Assembly: GCA_031460175.1 (NCBI GenBank)
Contig: JAVKGW010000001.1
Coordinates: 83,021-147,020 of the forward strand
DNA: 64,000 nt
Direction of reading: 5' to 3'
Source of the DNA: Candidatus Sysuimicrobium tengchongense
Lineage (GTDB): Bacteria > Sysuimicrobiota > Sysuimicrobiia > Sysuimicrobiales > Sysuimicrobiaceae
Below the pieces are notes generated by a model. It worked only from the letters and a program-made list of their open reading frames with translations, made no database searches and was not told the origin of the DNA. Below are positions 47,425 through 56,787 of this stretch, in pieces. The first letter of the stretch is position 1. Each line of letters begins with the position of its first letter. The translations under genes were made by a program, and so were the position numbers.

Positions 47425-50197
47425 CCGCGATGAGGTCCTCCGTGGCCTGAGCACCCTTCATCCGGACGGAGGTGCGGTTGAGGTTCGGGCGTTGGGACCA
47501 TGGCGCGGGGTTGTTGCGGGCTATTTCAACAACCGCACCGCACTCGTGGCCGCGGTTGAAGAACTTGACCGCCGTGGTGCGCATGGGATCTACATCACGT
47601 TGAACCAGATCAATCCGGCTCTGCTCGCACGTTGCGCGAACCGGCTGAATTGGGGCGGAGGCGAAGTGCCACTCACATCCGATGCCGACGTTCTGCGCCG
47701 TCGGTGGATCCTCTTTGACTTGGACCCTGCGCGACCGGGCGGTGTTGCTGCAACAGGCTTCGAGCACGATGCGGCCCTGCACCGGGCCGAGGAGGTCCGG
47801 GAGTGGCTCCGCGAGCAGGGCTGGCCCGAGCCCGTGGTGGTGGATAGCGGCAATGGCGCCTACCTGCTGTACCGGGTTGACCTCCCGAACGACGCGGCCT
47901 CCACCGAGTTGGTGCGCGCGGTCCTGGCCGCAGTTGACCTCCACTTTACGGACGGGGCGACCCTCGTGGACACGAAGACGTTCAACGCGGGCCGCATCGT
48001 CCGCCTGCCGGGAACCACGAACCGCAAGGGCGATCCTACTCCGGACCGGCCACACCGTATGTGCAGGATCCTGCACGTACCAGAGCCGGTGCAGGTGGTG
48101 CCCGAGGAGGCCCTGCGTGCGGTTGCGGCTCTAGCACCTGCGGAGCCTCGTGTGGAGGACCGCAGGCAGAACCGTGGAGATCCGAAGGAGCGGGTGGAGC
48201 GGGTCATTGCTGCGCTCAACCTGGAGGTGGCTCGCAGCGGGCCGTGGGGTGGCGGTGGTTGGAAATGGGTGTTTCGCAACTGCCCGTGGGAGCCGGAGTT
48301 GCACCGGGATCGGGCCGCCTACATCGTCGTCCTCCCGAGCGGCGCGATCACGGCGGGTTGTCACCACCTCGGGTGTTCGAGCCGAGGGTGGAAGGACCTC
48401 TTGGCGTTGCTGCCCGAGGGGGATCGTCCGCGGGAATCGGTGGAGCCGGAATCCACGGGGCCGGCGAAGGTCAAGCCGGTCTTCCGGCCGGTCACGGAAC
48501 TCGAAGCCCCGCCCGTTCAATGGGTTTGTGAGCCTCTCGTGCCCGCTGGTGCGTTGACACTGCTGGGGGGGAAGGACAAGAGAGGAAAGACACTGTTGGC
48601 CCTTGAACTCGCACGTTCGGTGCTCTCCGGAGAGCCGTTCCTCGGGGTGTTCCCGGTACAGACCGGGGCGGTGGTGGCCGTCCTCCTAGACGACCCGCTC
48701 AATATTACGCTTGACCGCCTCGAGGAGATGGGTATTCGTAGGCACCCCCACCTTTTCCTTCTCGACCTGCGAGACAATCCTGATCCACGCGACGCCCTGG
48801 GCGCGATGGAGGAAGCCGTGCTCTCCATGAAGCCAGCCCTGGCAATCTGGGATGCGTTGTTCCACTTGCTCCCGCCCCGGGAGAACGCGTTGAACGACGC
48901 AGCGTTGATGGGCCCGGTCGCCCTCCGCCTCGACCGGATCGCCCGCTCGGGGGAGTGCGGGCTGATCACGATCCTGCACGACAACAAGGTGGGTAGCGAC
49001 TTGGCCGGGTCATTCGTGCTCCGAGCCGCGGCGAAGTCCATCCTCCGGCTGTGGCTCCCTCGGGGGGCCGAGACGGAGGAGGACGAGCCGGTCGGTCCCC
49101 GCCGCGTCTTGGGCCTGGAGACGAAACTGGCAGCCCCGCAGACCTGGGCACTCGAGCTTTGGGGCCCGGGTAGGTGGAGGTTCCTGGGGACCCTGCGGGA
49201 GGCCCGGGAGGCAGACATCCGGGCCAGGATCCTGGAGTTCGTCCGGGATCACCCCGGGGCGACCACCCGGGAGATCCTGGAGGGGGTCCAGGGCGCCACG
49301 ACCCGGGTGCTCGGGGTCCTCGAGCGACTCTGCGGGGAGGGGGTGGTCCAGCGTGAGGGGTCGGGTAGGAGAGGGGACCCCTTCCGGCACCGGGTTGGAG
49401 GGGCCGGGCAAGATTTCGTTTCTGAATCCCCTTTTAGGGGAACGAAACGAGAAACGAATCGGCCGGAAGCCGCGTCAGATCTGGATTTATTCGTTTCTGC
49501 CGGGTTCCGAAACGAAACTGAGGTCAGAAACGAATTTCTGCCCGACCAAGGGGAGGGAGGGGTGCCACCCCAGGGAAAGGACCCCGGGTCTGGGGAGTCC
49601 AGCCCTGGCGAGGGAGGACCACGGGGTGAGGACCCCCGGACCCCAGGTGGGAAGGAGGGCCTCAAGGAGGTCAAGCAGGAAGGGACCCAGGCTGAGGGGG
49701 ACCCAGCCCCGGGGGGAGACCAGGGTGGTGGGGGGAGCATCCCGGACTGGGCCATGGGCCTGGCGGAAGCCCTCCCCCGGCGGCCCGGGACAGACCCCAA
49801 GCGGGTGGCCGAGGCCATCGCGAACCTGCTCGAGCCCCCGATCCCCCGGGACACCATCCCACAGGAGGCGCAGGCGCCCACCTGCAGGACCTGCGGGGGG
49901 CGGAGGTGGTGGAGGCGACCCGACCACCTGGGCGGGGGTTGGGTCTGCGCCCGCTGCCACCCCCCGGGGCCGGTCCAGCCCGTGGCCTGGCACGGTCCGG
50001 AGGAGCCCGAGACTCCCACAGCGCCCCGGGGGCGAGTCCGCGTTGAGATGTTCAGGGTCGTCTACCTGTGCTCGACGCACGGCGTGCTCCCCCATAATGG
50101 GGTGTTTCGCGGGGACGGTCCGCCACGGTGTGGGGCGTGCCTGCGTGTCGCGGAGGTGCATGAGGAGCCGATCCCGGTGGAGGATGAGGGGAGGTGA
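47408..50197 (+). CDS. Bifunctional primase-polymerase (prim-pol) N-domain fused to an AAA_25/RepA-like helicase-type ATPase
   Basis: Prim-pol: IYITLNQ...ILFDLD...VVDSGNGAYLLYRV...RLPGTTNRKG. Walker A: LLGGKDKRGKTLLALELARS. The single 929-aa ORF includes a low-complexity segment that overlies the iteron cluster. Confidence 0.8.
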   Translation: MTGMIDRDEVLRGLSTLHPDGGAVEVRALGPWRGVVAGYFNNRTALVAAVEELDRRGAHGIYITLNQINPALLARCANRLNWGGGEVPLTSDADVLRRRWILFDLDPARPGGVAATGFEHDAALHRAEEVREWLREQGWPEPVVVDSGNGAYLLYRVDLPNDAASTELVRAVLAAVDLHFTDGATLVDTKTFNAGRIVRLPGTTNRKGDPTPDRPHRMCRILHVPEPVQVVPEEALRAVAALAPAEPRVEDRRQNRGDPKERVERVIAALNLEVARSGPWGGGGWKWVFRNCPWEPELHRDRAAYIVVLPSGAITAGCHHLGCSSRGWKDLLALLPEGDRPRESVEPESTGPAKVKPVFRPVTELEAPPVQWVCEPLVPAGALTLLGGKDKRGKTLLALELARSVLSGEPFLGVFPVQTGAVVAVLLDDPLNITLDRLEEMGIRRHPHLFLLDLRDNPDPRDALGAMEEAVLSMKPALAIWDALFHLLPPRENALNDAALMGPVALRLDRIARSGECGLITILHDNKVGSDLAGSFVLRAAAKSILRLWLPRGAETEEDEPVGPRRVLGLETKLAAPQTWALELWGPGRWRFLGTLREAREADIRARILEFVRDHPGATTREILEGVQGATTRVLGVLERLCGEGVVQREGSGRRGDPFRHRVGGAGQDFVSESPFRGTKRETNRPEAASDLDLFVSAGFRNETEVRNEFLPDQGEGGVPPQGKDPGSGESSPGEGGPRGEDPRTPGGKEGLKEVKQEGTQAEGDPAPGGDQGGGGSIPDWAMGLAEALPRRPGTDPKRVAEAIANLLEPPIPRDTIPQEAQAPTCRTCGGRRWWRRPDHLGGGWVCARCHPPGPVQPVAWHGPEEPETPTAPRGRVRVEMFRVVYLCSTHGVLPHNGVFRGDGPPRCGACLRVAEVHEEPIPVEDEGR
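49412..49540. repeat. Iteron-like cluster: six copies of GAAACGA(A) in both orientations
   Basis: ttcgtttc (49415-49422), cgaaacga/gaaacgaa (49443-49458), ttcgtttc (49490-49497), gaaacgaa (49509-49516), gaaacgaa (49527-49534). AT-richer than the surrounding sequence. Lies inside the prim-pol reading frame. Confidence 0.65.
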
Positions 50198-50550
50198 CGA
50201 GCGTGGGGTGGTGGAGGTGGGAGGAGGCGAATGGCCACCTAATCGCGGTGCTTGTGCCCTTGGCGCGCGTGGTCGTGCTCAGGGATGGCGGCCCGGAGAC
50301 CGTGGGGTACGTGCCACTGGCCTACCTGTCCCGGCTTCGAGAACGCACTCCTGGTATCGCCCTGAACTGCGGATGCTGGGCTTCCGTGTGTCCGGATTGC
50401 GAGAGGGTCATCGCGACATACGTCCTCCACGGGTGCGCACACGGCGATTTATGGGGTCGCCACGCGGAGGTTGCGGTCCAGGGCTCGGATTGGTGGAGGG
50501 TGGCGGAGCGTCGCCTGCTGAAGGTGAACCCGGGGACGAGGAGGCGATGA
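50194..50550 (+). CDS. Hypothetical Cys-rich protein (element-encoded)
   Basis: 118-aa ORF overlapping the prim-pol stop. CGCW...CPDC motifs. Confidence 0.35.
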   Translation: MTSVGWWRWEEANGHLIAVLVPLARVVVLRDGGPETVGYVPLAYLSRLRERTPGIALNCGCWASVCPDCERVIATYVLHGCAHGDLWGRHAEVAVQGSDWWRVAERRLLKVNPGTRRR

Positions 50551-50737
50551 TGGTCCGGGTCCCCGGGGCCGCGCCGAGGAGAGATAATCTCCAGGTCGGG
50601 CTGAAACCCGCGCCACAGCGGCCTCCTGGAGGGGTTGCAGCCATTGTGCAGCCAACGGAGAGGGGGGGCTGATGGTGGGGTCCGGGGCACGAGCCTAACG
50701 CTGCGCGTTAACGGTCCCCTCGGTGCCCGCGGCTGGC

Positions 50738-51967
50738 TCATGCCCCGGACTCCCGTACTACGCGGTCCAGCCTTTCCGCCGCCTCCCGCCCCAGGCCCGG
50801 CAGCACGTGGCTGTAGGTCTCCATGGTGGTCGTGACGGTGGAGTGCCCGAGCTGCTGCTGGACCACCCGTGGGTGGACACCGGCCTTCAGGCTGAGGGTC
50901 GCGTAGCTGTGCCGGAGGTCATGCAACCGCATCCGCGGGAGGCCTGCGGCGCGCAGCACGCGGGCGAAGTTGCGCCGTCTCAGGTTCTCGGGCCGCACGG
51001 GGCCTCCGGCCTCATCGGTGAAGACCAGGAGCTGGTCGTTCAGCAACCACCCCTCAGCCCGCTGCCGCTCCTGATGCCCCCGCAGGGCCTCCACCACGAA
51101 CCTGGGCATGTCCACCACCCGCCGCCCGGCGGTGGTCTTCGGCTCCGTCCACACAGGCCTTCCCTTAACCCATGTGACCTGCCGGCGGACCGTGATCTTG
51201 CCTCCCTCGAGGTCCACGTCCGGCCAGGTCAGGGCCAGGGCCTCGCCTAGGCGCAAGCCGCACCCCAGCAGCACGGCGAACAGTGCGTAGTATCGGTCCT
51301 GGCGCGCGGCCTGTAGGAAGCGGGCAGCCTGCTCCGGTGTAAGGGCGCACATCTCCCTCTGGGTTGCCTTGGGTTTAGGCACTAGATCACAGGGATTCCG
51401 TGGCAGGAAGCCCCAAGTCACCGCCTGCTCCAGCATCCGGTGCAGGGTGCGCAGGACACCGCGCTGATGGCTGCGGCTCGCACCGCGCCGCTCCATCTCC
51501 GCCAGCACCGCTTGCACGTGGATCGGGGAGAGTTTTGCGATCTGTACTCCTCCGATGACCGGGACGATGTGGTTGCGGACGCGCGACTCGTAGAACGCCA
51601 AGGTGCTCGGCCTGGTGCTGACCGACACCACGTCGGACAACCACTGCTGTGCGAACTTGGCCACGCTGAGCCTGCCAGGCTCAGGAAGGGGACCGGACGC
51701 CATCTGGAGCCGTACGCGGGCAGCCTTCTCCATCGCCTCCCTAGCGCTGCGGCCGTACAAGTAGACCCGCCTCCGCTTGCCGCTCGGTGTCCACCCGGCG
51801 CTCAGGGCCGCGACCCACACAGTCCGCCCCCCGACGCGCCGCCTGTAGAGAGCGCCCTCTCCCCGCCGCCTGCGCCTCGGACGTCCCGCAGCGGCACCGT
51901 TGGTGCCGGACAGATCAGCAGCGCGCTCCACGTCTCCCACCCCTCGTTCATCTGCTCCATGCCTCAT
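50738..51967 (-). CDS. int: Tyrosine-type site-specific integrase
   Basis: C-terminal catalytic region ...LHDLRHSYATL...LGHSTVTTTMETYSHV carries the R...HxxR...Y signature. Adjacent to the tRNA-Phe attachment site. Confidence 0.9.
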   Translation of the reverse strand: MRHGADERGVGDVERAADLSGTNGAAAGRPRRRRRGEGALYRRRVGGRTVWVAALSAGWTPSGKRRRVYLYGRSAREAMEKAARVRLQMASGPLPEPGRLSVAKFAQQWLSDVVSVSTRPSTLAFYESRVRNHIVPVIGGVQIAKLSPIHVQAVLAEMERRGASRSHQRGVLRTLHRMLEQAVTWGFLPRNPCDLVPKPKATQREMCALTPEQAARFLQAARQDRYYALFAVLLGCGLRLGEALALTWPDVDLEGGKITVRRQVTWVKGRPVWTEPKTTAGRRVVDMPRFVVEALRGHQERQRAEGWLLNDQLLVFTDEAGGPVRPENLRRRNFARVLRAAGLPRMRLHDLRHSYATLSLKAGVHPRVVQQQLGHSTVTTTMETYSHVLPGLGREAAERLDRVVRESGA

Positions 51968-52043
51968 AGTACGCCACAGTGCGTCACGAAGTCAATAGTT
52001 GCGACAATGCCCACCTGGGCACTACCATTGGGGTGTGGACCGG

Positions 52044-52226
52044 ATGCTGACCGTGCGCGAGGTAGCCCGCAGGCTCCGGGTGACCGAGGAGTCGGTCCGC
52101 CGGTGGTTGCGCGGCGGCCTGCTCCGGGGCGTGCCCCTCCGGGGCCGGGCGGGCTGGCGGATCCCGGAAGCAGAATTGCTCAGGTTCATTGAGGAGCGGG
52201 CTAGGGGCAGGCAGCCTGCCGGGTAG
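52044..52226 (+). CDS. Excisionase-family HTH protein (second Xis-like paralog)
   Basis: MLTVREVARRLRVTEESVRRWLRGGLLRGVPLRG. Start trimmed to ATG 52044. Lies between int and the att site. Confidence 0.55.
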   Translation: MLTVREVARRLRVTEESVRRWLRGGLLRGVPLRGRAGWRIPEAELLRFIEERARGRQPAG

Positions 52227-52333
52227 GGGTGCCACCCCGCAATTGGCTGCATATTGGCTGCACAGCCCAACCTTGCCCCTTCCTGCATCACCTCCCGCGC
52301 GGGCTGAAACCCCTGTGCTGCCTGGGTTCCCGC

Positions 52334-52409
52334 TGGTGCCTGGGGAGGGAGTCGAACCCCCGACACGGGGATTTTCAGTCCCCTGCTCTACCACCTGAGC
52401 TACCCAGGC
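52334..52409 (-). tRNA. tRNA-Phe (anticodon GAA)
   Basis: Reverse complement GCCTGGGTAGCTCAGGTGGTAGAGCAGGGGACTGAAAATCCCCGTGTCGGGGGTTCGACTCCCTCCCCAGGCACCA. Anticodon loop CUGAAAA, encoded CCA. Its 3' half is the att core. Confidence 0.92.
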
Positions 52410-52412
52410 ATA

Positions 52413-52490
52413 TGGCGGGGACGACGGGATTTGAACCCGCGATCTCCGGCGTGACAGGCCGGTGTGTTGACCAGGCTACACCACGCCCCC
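52413..52490 (-). tRNA. tRNA-Asp (anticodon GUC)
   Basis: Reverse complement GGGGGCGTGGTGTAGCCTGGTCAACACACCGGCCTGTCACGCCGG...GGGTTCAAATCCCGTCGTCCCCGCCA. Anticodon loop CUGUCAC. 3 nt from tRNA-Phe. Confidence 0.88.
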
Positions 52491-52525
52491 GCCATTCCGT
52501 AGTCTACGAACTCCGCCCGGAGAAG

Positions 52526-54781
52526 TCAAAGGCTCCGCAGGGCCCGTAGCACCCGCTCCGGGGTGATGGGGAGCTCCGTCACGCGCGATCCCACCGCGTC
52601 CCGGATCGCGTTCGCCACGGCTCCGGCGCCGGGCACCACGGGCGGCTCGCCCACGCCCCGGGCCCCGAACGGTCCGTTTGGGCTGGGAACCTCCACCAGC
52701 ACCCCCTGCATCGGAGGAACCTTGGTCGCCCTGGGAAGCGCGTAGTCCAGGAACGAGGTCGTGCGGGGAATCCCGCTGCGGTCGTAGGAGAGGGCCTCCC
52801 ACAGCCCCCACCCCAGGCCCTGCGCCATCCCGCCGTAGACCTGACCCTCCACGAGCAGCGGGTTGATGGCGCGGCCCACGTCCTGTGCGAGCACGGCATC
52901 CAAGACCTGCACCTCCCCCGTCTCCCGATCCACCCGCACCCGAAGGAGCTCCGCGGCGAACGCGGGGGCCTGCTCCGTCTGCGCGGAGCTCCCCACCGCC
53001 CAGATGGGCTCGAACCGCCCGCCGAACCGCTGCGAGAGTCCCGCCAGCTCCGCGAGGCTTATCCGCGCCTCGGGAACGCCCCGTACGAAGACGTACCCGT
53101 CCTGCAGTTCGAGATCCTCCATCGCAGCTTCCAGGACCTGAGCGGCCATGCGCAGGATTTGGGCCCGGGCCTCCTCCGCGGCACGGTGCACCGCCCGCCC
53201 CACGGTGTAGATCACCTTGCTGCCCGCGCTCGCGCCCGCGTACGGCGCGTGGTCCGTGTCTCCCTGGATGATCCGGACCCGCTCCGGCGGAACCCCCAGG
53301 ACCTCGGCCACCACCTGGCCCAGGGCCGTGTGGGTTCCCTGCAGGTCCACCGCGCCCACGTGCACCCGCACGGTCCCGTCCCGGTCCACGGAGCACGCGG
53401 CGGCCGCGGGTTCCAACCCTCCGGGCCACCCGCCCACCGCGAGCCCCAGGCCCTCCCCCGGGCCCCTCCGTCCCTCCCCCCAGAGGGGATGTTCCCGGAT
53501 CGCCTCCAGGCACGCGTGAAGCCCGATTCGGGGATAGCGCCGGCCGTCGGGGAGCGGGTCTCCTTCCCGCAGGATGTTTCGCAGGCGGAACTCGAGGGGA
53601 TCCAGCCCGAGCCGCCGCCTCAACTCGTCCATCTGGGATTCCAGGGCGAAGGCCGCCTGGGGCGACCCGGGCGCCCGGTATGCCCCACTTCCCGGCTTGT
53701 GGGTGAGGACTTCAAGCGCCTCGATCTCCAGGTTCGGGAACCGGTACACGCTGCCCAGCAGGAAGGCCGCGATCCGGGCGGGAGAACCCGGGAAGGCACC
53801 CGCGTCGAACACGAGCCGGGCCCTTAAGGCCGTGAGGGTCCCATCCCGGCGCACCCCCGTCCTCAGGGTGAGGACCGCCCCGTGCACCGGGTTGCTCAGG
53901 AGGAACTCCTCCTGGCGGGTGAGCACGATCCGCACGGGCCTCCGGGTATGGAGCGCCAGGGCCGCCGCCAGGGGCTCCAGGAGGAGGAACTTCCCGCCGA
54001 ACCCGCCGCCCACGGGCATGGGCACCACCCGCACCCGGTGCTCGGGCCAACCCAGAAACCGCGCCACCTCCTGTCGGACCCCGAAGGGGCTCTGGGTTCC
54101 GGTCCAGAGGACGAGGGTCTCCCCGGAGGGGTCCAGGGCCGCCACCGTGGCGTGGGGCTCCAGGTACCCCTGGTGGACGGAGGAGGTGCGGTACGTGAAC
54201 TCCAGGACCAGATCCGCCTCCGCAAACCCGCTTGCCACATCGCCCCGGGCGAATCGGACCCGGGCGGCCACGTTGGGGGAAGACCTCTGGGCTTCCGCCG
54301 CGGCTTCCTCCGCCCCCGCCGCGTGGGCTCCCGCGTCCGTCCGCAGCCCCGGGATTCCCTCCGGCCAGACCGGGGGCGCATCCTCCGCCAGAGCTTCCAG
54401 CGGATCCACCACCGCGGGAAGTGGTTCCACCTCCACACCCACCCGGGCCGCGGCGTCCACCGCCGCGGATTCCCGCTCCGCGAGGACCACGGCCACGGGC
54501 TGCCCTGCGTACACCACCCGCTCCCGGGCCAGCAGGCCCGCGGCGTGGTTGTCCGGGAGTTGCCGGAACCAGGGAAGATCCCGGGCGGTGAGCACCGCCA
54601 CCACGCCCGGGAGCGCCAGGGCCCGGTCCGCGTCAATGCCCCGGATGCGGCCATGGGCCACCGGGCTCGGCACCAGCCGGGCGTGCAGGAGACCCGGAAT
54701 CGCTAGGTCCGCGGCAAACCGGAGGCGTCCGGAAACCTTTTCCCGTCCGTCCAGAAGCGGGATCCGACGTCCCACCCACAT
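52526..54781 (-). CDS. Xanthine-dehydrogenase-family molybdopterin-binding large subunit (CoxL/aldehyde-oxidoreductase-like)
   Basis: 751 aa, a/b-hammerhead plus Mo-cofactor-binding domains (…GGGFGGK…). No FAD or 2Fe-2S small-subunit genes are adjacent. Confidence 0.82.
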   Translation of the reverse strand: MWVGRRIPLLDGREKVSGRLRFAADLAIPGLLHARLVPSPVAHGRIRGIDADRALALPGVVAVLTARDLPWFRQLPDNHAAGLLARERVVYAGQPVAVVLAERESAAVDAAARVGVEVEPLPAVVDPLEALAEDAPPVWPEGIPGLRTDAGAHAAGAEEAAAEAQRSSPNVAARVRFARGDVASGFAEADLVLEFTYRTSSVHQGYLEPHATVAALDPSGETLVLWTGTQSPFGVRQEVARFLGWPEHRVRVVPMPVGGGFGGKFLLLEPLAAALALHTRRPVRIVLTRQEEFLLSNPVHGAVLTLRTGVRRDGTLTALRARLVFDAGAFPGSPARIAAFLLGSVYRFPNLEIEALEVLTHKPGSGAYRAPGSPQAAFALESQMDELRRRLGLDPLEFRLRNILREGDPLPDGRRYPRIGLHACLEAIREHPLWGEGRRGPGEGLGLAVGGWPGGLEPAAAACSVDRDGTVRVHVGAVDLQGTHTALGQVVAEVLGVPPERVRIIQGDTDHAPYAGASAGSKVIYTVGRAVHRAAEEARAQILRMAAQVLEAAMEDLELQDGYVFVRGVPEARISLAELAGLSQRFGGRFEPIWAVGSSAQTEQAPAFAAELLRVRVDRETGEVQVLDAVLAQDVGRAINPLLVEGQVYGGMAQGLGWGLWEALSYDRSGIPRTTSFLDYALPRATKVPPMQGVLVEVPSPNGPFGARGVGEPPVVPGAGAVANAIRDAVGSRVTELPITPERVLRALRSL

Positions 54782-54915
54782 CTCCGTCCTCCTCGCAGGA
54801 TTGCCCTACTAGGGTACCGCTTCCTGATCAGGAACGGGGAGGCTCCGCTCGGTCTGGGAGCGCGTATCCTAGTGGACGGGGAGCGGACCCGGAGGGCGGG
54901 ATGGAGGACCAGGCG

Positions 54916-56259
54916 ATGGAATTCGTCACCGAGCAGAACATGGCGCTGCTGGTGGACCTCTACGAGCTCACCATGGCCCAGAGCTACTTCCGGGAGGGCC
55001 GCAACGAGCCCGCCACCTTCGACCTCTTCGTGCGCAACCTCCCGCCCCGCCGGGGGTTCCTGGTGAGCGCGGGACTGGACACCGCGCTGGATTACCTGGA
55101 ACGGCTGCGGTTCCCGGAGGAGGGAATTGCTTACCTGCGCGGTCTTGGGCTCTTCGACGAGGGCTTCCTCCGTTACCTGCGGGACTTCCGGTTCACGGGA
55201 GACGTGCGGGCCATCCCCGAGGGCGAGGTCTTCTTCCCGCCGGAGCCCGTGCTGCAGATCACCGCGCCCCGCATCGAGGGGCAGATCGTGGAGACCTTCC
55301 TCCTCAACCAGATCAACCTCCAGTCCCTGATCGCCACGAAGGCCGCCCGGGTGGTGCTGGCGGCCCGGGGCCGTCCCGTCATCGACTTCTCTCCCCGTCG
55401 GGACCACGGGACGGACGCGGCCCTGAAGGTGGCCCGCAGCAGCTACCTCGCGGGCTGCGCCGGCACCAGCAACGTGCTGGCCGGCATGCTCTACGGCATC
55501 CCCGTGTACGGGACCATGGCCCACAGCTACGTCATGTCCTTCGAGGACGAGCTGGAAGCCTTCCGCGCCTACGCCCGACAGTTCCCGGACCGGTGCATCC
55601 TGCTCATCGACACCTACGACACCCTGCAGGGAGCCCGCAACGCGGTGGTGGTGGCCCGGGAGCTGCGGGAGCGGGGATACCGGCTGCGGGGCGTGCGGAT
55701 CGACAGCGGGGACCTGGCGACGCTGAGCCGGGAGGTACGGGCCATCCTGGACAGTGCCGGGTTCCCGGAGGTGCAGATCCTCGCGAGCGGCGACCTCAAC
55801 GAGGACAAGATCGCGGCCCTGCTGGAGGCGGGAGCCCCCATCGATGCCTTTGGGGTGGGGACGGAGATGGGGGTCTCCTACGACGCGCCGGCCCTGGGCG
55901 GGGTCTACAAGCTGGTGGAAGACACCGCGGGATACCGCATCAAGCGCAGCACGGGCAAGGTCACGCTCCCGGGCCGCAAGCAGGTGTGGCGGGTGTACCG
56001 GGAAGGGCGGATGCAGGAGGACATCATCGCCCTCGCGGACGATCCCCCGCCGCCCGGGGCGGAGCCGCTCCTCGTGGAGGTCATGCGGGGGGGCCGCCGG
56101 ATCCACCGGGAGAGCCTGGAGGACGCCCGCCGACGCTGCGGCGAGCGTTTCCGGATGCTCCCCGACGAGCTCCGCCGGTTGGACGGCGGGCGCTATCCCG
56201 TCCGTCTCAGCCCGCAGCTGGAGGCCGTGCTCCAGGCGATGGCGGGTGCCGCCTTCTAG
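54916..56259 (+). CDS. pncB: Nicotinate phosphoribosyltransferase
   Basis: MEFVTEQNMALLVDLYELTMAQSYF...GTMAHSYVMSF... is the NAPRTase family pattern. Confidence 0.85.
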   Translation: MEFVTEQNMALLVDLYELTMAQSYFREGRNEPATFDLFVRNLPPRRGFLVSAGLDTALDYLERLRFPEEGIAYLRGLGLFDEGFLRYLRDFRFTGDVRAIPEGEVFFPPEPVLQITAPRIEGQIVETFLLNQINLQSLIATKAARVVLAARGRPVIDFSPRRDHGTDAALKVARSSYLAGCAGTSNVLAGMLYGIPVYGTMAHSYVMSFEDELEAFRAYARQFPDRCILLIDTYDTLQGARNAVVVARELRERGYRLRGVRIDSGDLATLSREVRAILDSAGFPEVQILASGDLNEDKIAALLEAGAPIDAFGVGTEMGVSYDAPALGGVYKLVEDTAGYRIKRSTGKVTLPGRKQVWRVYREGRMQEDIIALADDPPPPGAEPLLVEVMRGGRRIHRESLEDARRRCGERFRMLPDELRRLDGGRYPVRLSPQLEAVLQAMAGAAF

Positions 56260-56781
56260 TTACTCCGGCCCGAACACGAATCGGATCCGGTCTCCGTCCT
56301 GGGGGTAGTACTCCTGCCAGCCCTCCAGCCGCCTGCCGTTCACGAGCACGGACCACCGCCCCGGCCTGCCATCCGGGCACCGGTCACCGTCCCGGTAGGT
56401 CCGGCCGTCCGGGAGCGTGAGGGCGTGTTCCCGCACCAGAACCCCCACGGAGAGGAGGAAGGTGCGCAGGGTGGCCTGCCGCCCCTCCTCGTTGCTTTCC
56501 GGGTGCACGTGGATGACCCCGTCCCCGTGGGTGTGGGTGTTGCCGGGGCTGGGGGGGAACGGCGGGAGCCGTCTCCCGCAGATCTCCACCGCGTAGGGCG
56601 CGTGCCAGTGGGCCCCGGCCCGGGGATAGTTGGGCCGGGACCGGATCCCGTACGCCACCACCGCCACGCCCAGGACCACCACGCCTCCGAACACCCAGGG
56701 CCACAGCCGGTCGAACGCCCTCCGCGAAGCGGGACGCGGGGCCGCCTTCCGGGTCGCCTGCTTTCCGTCGCGTGCCGGCAT
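56260..56781 (-). CDS. Hypothetical membrane-anchored His-rich protein
   Basis: N-terminal TM helix plus HWHAPYAVEICGR...HTHGDGVIHVHPE. Possibly metal-binding. No family assigned. Confidence 0.4.
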   Translation of the reverse strand: MPARDGKQATRKAAPRPASRRAFDRLWPWVFGGVVVLGVAVVAYGIRSRPNYPRAGAHWHAPYAVEICGRRLPPFPPSPGNTHTHGDGVIHVHPESNEEGRQATLRTFLLSVGVLVREHALTLPDGRTYRDGDRCPDGRPGRWSVLVNGRRLEGWQEYYPQDGDRIRFVFGPE

Positions 56782-56787
56782 ACGGAC

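Larger units (their letters stand above)
45528..52378. mobile_element. About 6.8-kb integrative element (tyrosine-integrase, prim-pol replicase type) inserted into the 3' end of tRNA-Phe
   Basis: Bounded by the 48-nt direct repeats. Integrase lies adjacent to the intact tRNA. Two Xis-like HTH genes, a prim-pol/AAA helicase and an internal iteron cluster. Confidence 0.8.

Noticed and set aside
47408-50197. Splitting the prim-pol ORF into two genes around the iteron cluster (about 49400-49560)
   Set aside because: The reading frame is uninterrupted across the AT-rich repeats. Without homologue alignment I kept a single CDS and flagged the region as a finding instead.
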